A stretch of 23,472 nt of DNA, taken from the NCBI GenBank assembly GCA_054661495.1, contig BAAFSQ010000155.1, positions 1-23,472 of the forward strand, in the 5' to 3' direction. The notes beneath the pieces were generated by a model. That model was given only the letters and a program-made list of their open reading frames with translations. It did no database searches and was not told the origin of the DNA. This stretch comes from Zygophlyctis sp. KS116. Lineage: Eukaryota > Fungi > Chytridiomycota. The stretch's first letter is position 1. Each line of letters starts with the position of its first letter. Positions 11,401 through 21,100 of this stretch are shown one piece after another. The translations under genes and the position numbers were made by a program.

Positions 11401-12497
11401 TCCTTCCTGCATATTCTTAATCAATATTTTCAATAAATCTAGCGAATCAACGAATAAATGATGACTAAGGAAAAACGTCTGTAAAAATCCCAAGTCGAAT
11501 GCAGCAGGATCAAGCAAGCGATCAACAAGATCCTTAGCTGTTCCAGACTTAACTAACTTTTTACCATCATCGTTTTCCACAATCACAAGAGTCGGGAGTT
11601 CTGGTTCTTCTTCATAAGTTTGCCCTGAAGACTAATTCTTAGTTAGTTTTTTAAATTTACATTCAATAAGGCTTTAAATGCATCTCGCTCTTCTTTTAAT
11701 TTTTCTATTTGTTTTAAATACTCTGCTGAATCTTCCGATATCTCTGATTTTTTTCCAGAATCAGATATAGCCCTGTTCAAATTCGTAGTCAACTCGTGAA
11801 TTTTGAATTTATTGAAACTGATAATTTCTTCCTTTTCAATAACTTTCTCGAGGCTATCAGAAATTACAGTTTCAAATTCAGCCAGAAGAATATTAAATTT
11901 TTCTTCCTCAGAAATATTAGAGCCTTCCTATCAGTTATTGATTGAGTTTTAGTTACAAGCATATGCTTGATTCCGACAAGATTCTTTGGTGCCGTTTTCT
12001 TTAGAAGATCTGTCATTAATTTTGTTCTATCTTTTAAAACAGAGTCCGAATCTTTTGTTTCACAGTGCTCATCAGTGACCTTCCCAAACTCGAACCTCTT
12101 TAATAATTGGTTTTTTTCCTTTATCAATGCCATCAGTTGTACATCCTTTTCTGGAGCAGTTTTGATAATTTCCTGGAGTAAATTATTATTGAATTATTAC
12201 TTGATACTTTGGCATTAATTTTTCCATTGTCTGCAAAATAGAAACATATCTAGATTCATTTCTTTCTAGCAATATGTCTTTACTTTCAGATCTTAAAAGG
12301 AGCTTTTTTAATTCTTTGTTGCTTTTATTAAGATTTGGCATGGAATCGGACGACATGGTTTTTCCTGGATTGTCTGAAATGCCGGGCCTTTCTTTCTCAA
12401 ACAGTATTCCTAAGCTTTCTTTTAGCTGCTGGTTGTGCAGATTCTCAATGGATCGCTGCCATTTCTCCTTATTGTTTGATAGATTTAAATCGGACAT
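8491..12497 (-). CDS. Gene D: protein with two tandem REM+CDC25 RasGEF modules (D1 ~11590-10370, D2 ~9850-8491) joined by a coiled-coil linker
   Basis: Spliced from ATG 12497 to TAA 8491. The frame continues past D1 through short exons (..ESKAQ|EQFYQ..GKID|ELKQKLNVVEEEL) into ORF 8981..10048. Both modules have [EF]xARQLTL, LNNF/MNNF and P-x-P motifs. Confidence 0.85.
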
Positions 12498-12509
12498 GAT
12501 ACGGAAGTT

Positions 12510-12516
12510 ACGACGC
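12510..12516 (-). promoter_or_regulatory. Putative GCGTCGT core motif upstream of gene D
   Basis: 12 nt before ATG 12497 in a locally CpG-rich patch; same core as upstream of E and F. Confidence 0.4.
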
Positions 12517-12738
12517 GAGAGCCGTCTTAAACAGATTTATAGCGGAGATTTACGATATCAGGCATACGTCACCCTCTTCGATTGGTTCTTTTCAGCTATT
12601 TAAAATGCACTGCATACTACAAACTACATCATTCTTAATAAAATGATCGAATAAACTGATTTAAATTACATCCCCAATATTTAAAACTTCCGAAAGTTGG
12701 GACATGAATTGTGATTTCAAGTAGCGTTCCAATGATTG

Positions 12739-15734
12739 TCAATGATTGTCATCATTTTCAATAGGGCATTTTATTCTGGTATCTATATATTTTTGGATGA
12801 TTGGGATCGTTTGCAAAATATACGGTACAGATTGAAATGCCTACCAATATGAAAAATGAAGTATATACCTGTAATTCAAGAATCTTTTCTGATGTTTGAT
12901 AGATTTTTTGAAAGTTAACTTTTCCATCTTCGAATAGAGTCTGTCCACAAGTATCAATAAAAGCCAAATCTGAAAGATATATGTCGATTTGCGGGGTGAT
13001 TGGAGCAGTAGACTCTGATATTCTATTTCTAAGCTTTTTATAATTAAGCTCATTAGAGCAAAGCAATTTAATCGATGAAAGGATATTTTGATATTTCTGA
13101 TTGAGCGTCTGGTATTTTTAGTAATAGAGTAAAAATACATCTTTGACTTTTTTTAATGCATAAACAGCTGGAGATTTTATGACTTTTATGACCATTTTCA
13201 CACCTGAAAAATTATTGAGTTTTTCCATGTGCTTTTGTATTAACAACCAAAAAATGTACCTGTGCAATTGAGATAATCTTTTCAAGAATTTGCAATTGGA
13301 TTTTGGGATTTCCATTTGACACAATTTCTGTCACAAGCCAATTCACTACCAGCCTTTCCCAACTCAAATAAGTTAACAGATTAGCAGCCTTGATTTCTTT
13401 TCCTTCCTTGAGCCAGTTAACTCCAATAAATTCCCGTGGCTTGATTTTACAGAAAAGTTCATGGTCAATTAGTGTGATTTGGCGAGCTAGCTCCAAAGCG
13501 TCAAAGTCTAGAAACACATAATCCAGCGACTCTTTTGGATAAATGGGCCGTGGTGCATTGATCAAGTTTAGTTTAGTTTGATTATTTTCTTTTGTGAGCT
13601 ATTATTTATATGAACAAAATAGTTGGATACCTTTCTTTTAATATTTCCAATTAGCATTGTAAATATTGATTCATATCCAGGCTTCTGAGAATTATCTAAC
13701 AGAAAGCAGTTTAATCTTTGAAGTAATGCTTCTTGAGTTTCAAAATCTTCAAAAAAGTTCTTTATCCAAGTTTTAAGAATATTAGACATTCTTTTGATTA
13801 CTAAATATATTGCTACCTCAAAAGTGTTGGTTTTCCTTCCGCCTCAACCATGGACTTCTCCATGATCTTTAGTATGTTTTCTAGTACTGTCATACTGGTT
13901 GTGAATAATTCATGATTCATTAGTAATGAGTTGGTTAAATCCAGATTGCCTGAATCAGAAGTTAGAAAATCAATTAAATCCAGAACATAAGCAGATTTAA
14001 TTGATTTTCGACCATCTGCTCGTTCTGAATAAAGTATATCCCCACGTAAATCAGTTTGATTTTTATTTTCCTCTAACTCCTTTATTAGGATGCTATTTTT
14101 CCGACTTGGTGATTGTATGGTGTAAAGAATCTAAGATGAATATTAAAACCCTGTTTTACATCTTCAATATTATCTTGGGGTTGTTCATATTTGTCAGCTT
14201 TCATTGATTCGACTTCAGATGAAAGTGATTCAATCTGCATTTTCAGAGACTTGTTCTCTGTTTTAAGTGCTTCAGCGTCGATGTTAAGAGTGTCGATTTT
14301 AATAAAATTCAGCTGGTTTTGCTCTTGTAGAAAGGCCCGCTCGATTTCCAAATCCTCAATTTGTTTAAGATTTTGATAATATAACTTATAATCAGATATT
14401 AACAACTACCGGCTCGAAGTTTGGGGTTTCCTGCAATAATATAAGTTGTTCGTTGACTAGCTGGGCTGCCTATTATTAAATTGAAAATTTTGATACGTTT
14501 TTCTCTATTTCATAATCGATCAACCGATTTTCAGCCTGCTGTAACTTTGACAAAAGTTCATCATATTGCTTCATCAAGCTCTAATTTTTAGTTAATTTGT
14601 CTACCGAAAATCTATCCTTCATTTCTATTTCGAATTTTAATAAATTAGCCTTTTCCTGATCATCTGCTTGACTCTTAGTTTCATATTTCTGAGAAATAAA
14701 CTTGATCTTAAATATACCATGATCTTTTCACTCAGATACGCATTTTGAGATTGTATTTTTTCAATAATATCACGACTCTCCAATTTTTTCAATTCTCTCT
14801 GTTATAAGTAAATAAAGATATACAGTTTCCATGCCTTGATTAAAATCACTACATATTTTAGTGGCAAACGATGAAATGTCTAGATTTCCAGGTGAAACTG
14901 GAGATTCTTGAATAAGTTTTTTATCCTTATCATTCAGCTTGGAAAACACCCATTCAATTTCATTAATAATTGAATCTAAAACATCTTTTCTGGATAGTGA
15001 GGCATCCATGGACTAGAAATTATGAAAATATAAGCTACTTTTTGCGTATTACTAGTTTTTGTTTTATCAGATTGAGCTAGACTATTAGCTTTATTCGTAA
15101 CAATAAACGAATAAATGCCCCTTATTTGATCCTCAAAATCCTTTTCATTCTGAACTAGTATTGAATTTACTTGCTTTAAATTAATGAATTTGAATTTACA
15201 TCTAACGACTGCTGAATCATTTGGAATTTCAATTCCATAGATTCGACCTCATCTTGCCAAGATATTCCAAAACTCTCCATATCATCAGTGTATTTTTCGT
15301 CTTTTTCTACATATTTACTCTGTAGATTCTATAGTGAGAAAATAAAAGAGTACATTTATTTCTGACTTGAGGCCGTCAATTTGCTCATCTTTGCGAGAAA
15401 TATTATCGTAAACTTGAAAGATATGGGTCACTAGTAGATCAATATCACTCCTGGCAAATCGCAAAATATTCAAAATTTCATCCGATAAATCATCCATAGG
15501 CGGTAAATTGGTAACTTTTAGAGATTCTGGGATCGGTAACTTGTTTATACTGTTCTGAACAAACTGACTTAATTCCTTTACATAAATTATGATATCCTTT
15601 GCTCTTGTTTCAACTATAGAATTTCTTGATTTTCTCATTCTTGAAAGTTCTGCTTCCAGTTTATAATTTAATGTTTTCAGAATTACAATCTCTTCTTCAG
15701 GTTTGGAATCTTTTAGAATACTTTTCATTGACAT
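12739..15734 (-). CDS. Gene C: coiled-coil N-terminus + REM + CDC25 RasGEF
   Basis: Multi-exon model from ATG 15734 to TGA 12739. Motifs IKSAYVLDLIDFL, RMSNILKTWIKNFFEDFE, DALELARQITLIDHELF, WLVTEIV, LNNFSG..SPAVYALKK, NYKKLR..APITPQIDIYLSDLAFID, GKVNFQK. Start codon is uncertain. Confidence 0.85.
13122..13761. repeat. 640-bp near-identical direct repeat, copy 1 (in gene C)
   Basis: Matches 18516-19155 at offset 5394. Track ORFs 13212..13565 and 18606..18959 are identical. I found one mismatch by eye (a13721 vs g19115, synonymous CTT/CTC). Confidence 0.95.
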
Positions 15735-15946
15735 TTCATCATGAATGACGTTTCATCATTTATGTCCGAACATTAAAAAATTAGAGTTGTAATCAGCATG
15801 GACTAGAGTTTGTTTTCTTCATATTTTGGTGTGGAATGATGGGATTTTACATGTTTTTTTGGCTCTTTCAAGTTTACAAAAATTGCGCGTTTTCTTTAGT
15901 TTTCGAAGAAATTTTTCTTTGGATTTTATGTACTCGTACCAAAAAA

Positions 15947-18092
15947 TCAAAAATTAGAATTCAAACTCATATCAGATCGAGATAATATAGTTTCCATGTT
16001 TGAATACTTTCTTTCCAAGTACTGCATGTTTAATAATTGTTTTTTAATCTTACAAAAAATTGTTCCTTTAAGCATTCTTTTTCCGAGCGTAAGATACTGA
16101 TTTCCGTCTCATAATGAAGAAAAGAATCCTGACTCTAAAGATATCAAATAATACAATAGACATACATGCTGGGAATGTTGTATAGATAATTTTTTCATTG
16201 CCTTTACAGATTTTTCTTGGGTTTTCTTAGATTCTTCCAGTACATGATCATAAAGCTGTTCTATTCTCTATTTATAAGCCTGATAAATATACTTCTAATT
16301 GTTCCATTAAACATCGCTTTTCTGATATCTGGCATAAAATTTGATTTTTAAGTCGATCTATTTCCTCCAAATACTGATCAATATAAGTATTTTCAGCATT
16401 ATTTTGCAGCTGATTTCCCACTATTTTAAGTTGAAATACTGATTCTTTATATTTCTAAACTATTATAGAATTTTTAATACCTCTAGCTCTTCTTCGGCAT
16501 TCATTGCACGATCCAAGAGTAAATCCAATCTAACCTCGTATTCCATCCTGCTCACTTGGTCTGCATTTTCAGTTCTTATTTTTTCCTCATAATTTGCTAT
16601 TATTTTTTTCAAATTTGAGTTTGTCGCCATTGATTCATCAAGCCTCTTCTTCAAATAAATATTATCATCCTGAATTTGAAGTAAACTCTCGTCTTCGTCC
16701 TCGAACTTTCATGAGTTTTTGCGAATTTACCTTTTTGTTATACATATTTTCACATAGAAATCGAATCCGCTGTTTGATTTCCTCTATTATCGCGGTACGA
16801 TCTCCATTAGCATCATTCGTTTTACTGTCCTGATAATTGCGCGAGTCATTATTTGGGACATTTTCTAAAATACAGCTTAAAATTTCTTCTATTTGCAAAG
16901 AAAACTCATTTTCTTTCTTCAAATACGTTGTATTCATGCTCTATCTTTCAGAAATTAAAATCGTACATGTAATTTCTCATTGAGAGAATTGATCTCTTTT
17001 TGGAAGCCTTTTTTATCTTCTGCATATTTCGAAGAAAGCAACTTGAAATATGCCTCAACGTCTTGCGCTTTTTTTGAAATTTGAGATTTAAGTTCCTAAA
17101 TATCAGGTTCAAAAGATACCTCTAATTGAGCCTGTTTTGATAATTTTTCTCGAGATACTCTATTTAATTCTTCTTCCTTTTGGGATAACATACTAGAAAA
17201 ATCCTATAATTTTAAAAAAAAACATAATACTTGTAATGCATTCTGACTAATGACAACCTTTTCTTTAAGCGATTCAATATCATCCTCATATCCTATAACC
17301 AAACTATCAATATCTTCTTCATATCCTTGATGAATTTCTTGAATTTCCTTTTCTTTGATCTATCTTTAATTTTATAAACCATACCTCTAGTCTTTCTTTT
17401 AAAGACTTGATTTCGTTTACGAATGTTTCTTCTTTCTCTGCTAACTTAGATTCAAGAGTTTGATAGCATCCTCTAAGACGAATTATTTCCTGATTTGTAT
17501 GCATCGAAGAATCATCCTGGTTATTTCGTGATTTAAGATCTGTATTTAAATACAATTCCTAAAATCAAAACAAGCATTCTAACCTGTTGAAATGGTATCA
17601 TTTGAATCATTGATGAGTTTTTTACATTCAACTTCTTCTAAGTTTATAAAACAATTATCGGATTACTGAATTGTTCCTATTTCCAGCGACTCCCCCAGCG
17701 TTTTCTCCTTCTTGCCCAAGATCTTTTTCTTTCAATGTTTCAGGAGTATCCTATTCCATGAGACTCTAAAAACATACGTTTTTCTGTCTTTCCAATAAAC
17801 TATACATTCTTGAGATCCTTTCTTCTAATATACTGTCCAAATCAGATCCTTTGTCTGGTTGATTATCATGATCAGACTTGCTTTTGACGGATTCATGTGT
17901 TGAGCTCATTCTACTATGATTTGGCTCTTTATCAGCAATATCGGACTTTTGGGACTCCTTCTCTTTGATTCCTTTTGGGCTATCTGTTGAATCTTTCTGA
18001 TGACTAAAGCTCTTGAATCTATTCAGCACAGATCCCCATGAATCCGATGACATGAGATTATTGGACGATAGGTGACGTCGCCCCATGGCCAT
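15947..18092 (-). CDS. Gene B: coiled-coil protein without a GEF domain; its C-terminal part is paralogous to gene A
   Basis: Exons join in frame through 24-31 nt GT-AG introns from ATG 18092 (or 18053) to about TGA 15947; the 3' end is uncertain. Contains LLDRAMNAEEELE and QYLEEIDRLKNQ...SEKRCLMEQLE, shared with gene A. Confidence 0.7.
16083..16545. repeat. Diverged duplicated segment (gene B) paralogous to ~21290-21755 (gene A)
   Basis: Shared blocks ctagctcttcttc, tttcctccaaatactgatc, gataatttttt and tactgatttccgtctcata at an offset of ~5205, with three introns at the same positions. Confidence 0.9.
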
Positions 18093-18121
18093 AGCACTAG
18101 TAAAAATATATTTATTATATT

Positions 18122-21100
18122 TTAATGCTTCAAAGTAGCTGCTACAGATTGATCTTCATTCATGATCTTTCTCTTTCCGATGTAATTTTTAATTGCCTGA
18201 ACCGGTTCTAGGCTATAACATGTAGTTTGATAAGACTAATGTTAATAAAATATCAAATTTTTACAATGATTTGACTTATACAAGACATTATTCTATGGAA
18301 CTTTTGGAAATTGATTGATCCGTCTGATAATTTGTCCGGACCACAAGTATCAAGAAACATTAAATCACTTTGATAAACATCATGAGGGATAATAAGTGGA
18401 ACAGCAACCTCTTGTGCCTTATTTCGCAGCGTTTTATAATTTAATTCAGGATTTACCAAGATCTCCAATGATTCCAAAGTTTTCTTAGCCTTGGAAGTGA
18501 TTTGCTAATGTTAAATAATAGAGTAAAAATACATCTTTGACTTTTTTTAATGCATAAACAGCTGGAGATTTTATGACTTTTATGACCATTTTCACACCTG
18601 AAAAATTATTGAGTTTTTCCATGTGCTTTTGTATTAACAACCAAAAAATGTACCTGTGCAATTGAGATAATCTTTTCAAGAATTTGCAATTGGATTTTGG
18701 GATTTCCATTTGACACAATTTCTGTCACAAGCCAATTCACTACCAGCCTTTCCCAACTCAAATAAGTTAACAGATTAGCAGCCTTGATTTCTTTTCCTTC
18801 CTTGAGCCAGTTAACTCCAATAAATTCCCGTGGCTTGATTTTACAGAAAAGTTCATGGTCAATTAGTGTGATTTGGCGAGCTAGCTCCAAAGCGTCAAAG
18901 TCTAGAAACACATAATCCAGCGACTCTTTTGGATAAATGGGCCGTGGTGCATTGATCAAGTTTAGTTTAGTTTGATTATTTTCTTTTGTGAGCTATTATT
19001 TATATGAACAAAATAGTTGGATACCTTTCTTTTAATATTTCCAATTAGCATTGTAAATATTGATTCATATCCAGGCTTCTGAGAATTATCTAACAGAAAG
19101 CAGTTTAATCTTTGGAGTAATGCTTCTTGAGTTTCAAAATCTTCAAAAAAGTTCTCTGTCCAATACTTTAGAATGTTTATTATCCTATTTTTAGTGAATA
19201 CGATAGTACCGTAAAGTTATTAGTTTTGAATTGTCAGAAGGTTCTTGCACGTATTTACTAAACTGATTGATAAACGTATCCATCAAATTCATACTTCCCA
19301 TAAATATCGTATGCGTCATAATAAAAGCCCTAAGGTAATCCAAATCAAATTCTTTGGGGTCAAACAGCCGTTCAATTAATTCCTTTAAATGGCCAGATTG
19401 AATTATTTTTTTCCCGTTCACACCCTCACTTATCACTATAATACCCTTTTGCTGACTCGATGTTTTAGATGCATTGGGTACGTCTTCTTTTTTTAATGAC
19501 ATATACTCCAAGTCAGATTTTAGTTTCAGATTTTCATTCATTGTAAGATTGTGCATTGCTTCAGCGATCTTAAAATTACCAGACGATAAAGTGTACCTGA
19601 ATTTTGTCCGCCAATTCAGTATTCTCTTTCAAAATACGCTTATCAGCCTCTAAGAGATCATTTTCCAGGTTGGTTATCTATATTAATAAGAAACCGGAAT
19701 ATACATCTACTTGTAGCTGTATATTTTTTTCTTCCAAAGTAACTAGTTTCAAAGACAAATTTTCAAATTTCCGACGCCATTCCTAATTTCAGTTAAAATG
19801 TTTTACATTGACCTCTTCCCTTAGGTTATAGTTAACTTGGCCTGATTCACGATTTTCTGTTTTTGAATTTTCTAAAAGCAGATCTTTTAAATCCTTTAAT
19901 AGGTTAAAGAACTAAAGTACTTTTAATTGTTCAAGTAAGTAGCTATTTTCAGTTGTCACAATAATATTTTCAGTCGCGAAATCAGATATATTCTTCTGAT
20001 GCTAATTTTAGAGATTAGAAATTATACATCCTCACATTTTCGTTCCAAATCTGAGACTCTGGGCCGATCACGCTGAGACTTTGTTATGGCTTTATTATAC
20101 TTGGTTTCTAGAGTCTGTGCAAGTTAGATAAATTTAAAAATACTGCAAACTGCTCTAATATGCACTTTTTTTCATTGTTTAGACAATTGATGGTAAGCAT
20201 GGATGCTTCAAGTTCTTCGCCCATTTTATTCGATTCATTCCTATTTTTATGAGCTTCTATTCCTACATCTTAAAAGTCAACTCTTCTTCAATTTTAGCCA
20301 TTTGACTTATAAGGCTCTGCAGTTTGAGTTCATAGCCGTCGTTTATTCCTGCATGAGTCGCATGTTCTATTTTAAGTTGCTGAGCATCGATCTCCTTCTT
20401 TAGTGAACGTATTTCTAAATTCAATTTACTGATGCAAATCTATAATTTAATTTTCTTGCAAATCATACTTCCTTCTCTTGAAGTAATTTTTCATTCGTTT
20501 GATTTGTTCTTTGAGCCTCATTCAAGCTTTCCGACAAGAGCTAAATTATTTAATGATACTGAGTTTACTTGTGATTCTTTTTCTAAGTTTAAGCATGTAT
20601 AATTCAAATTTTCGACCTAACTTTAGTTAACACATTTACTTTTAACTGTAATTCTGAAATGATCTGCGTCTTATTACCCAAGGCTAACAAATCAGGTTGC
20701 GTTTTTTCAAGAATTTCTTTATTCACCTAGTAATTTGAATTGTCTGATCTTACCTGTAATTCTTTCTCTAAGTTTGATCGTTTGGTATCTATATCAGATA
20801 AACAAACAATTTTTTGGTCCTAAAAATATTTAATTTCATTAGTAAATATTTACTAAATTTTCTTTCTTTTCACAGTATGATTCCTCTAATTTTTTCATCT
20901 TCTCCTTTAAATTTATAATCTTGCAGTTAGTATTCGAAAATTTTAATACTATTTCCTCAAGCTCCAGAACTCTATAAGTTTCTTGCGCTAATTTATCCTT
21001 CAAATTTCTGATATACTTTTGTGAATTTTTTATTACCTGTTCAGTTAAACCTTTAACAACTTACTTCATTCGGCTGCATTACATCACTGGAAAATTCCAC

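Noticed and set aside
12841-13324. Minus-strand ORFs 12841..13140 and 13118..13324 (and twin 18485..18718) as separate genes
   Set aside because: They are alternative-frame or intron read-through of gene C/A exons. Only the HMEKLNNF...KVKD part is true coding frame.
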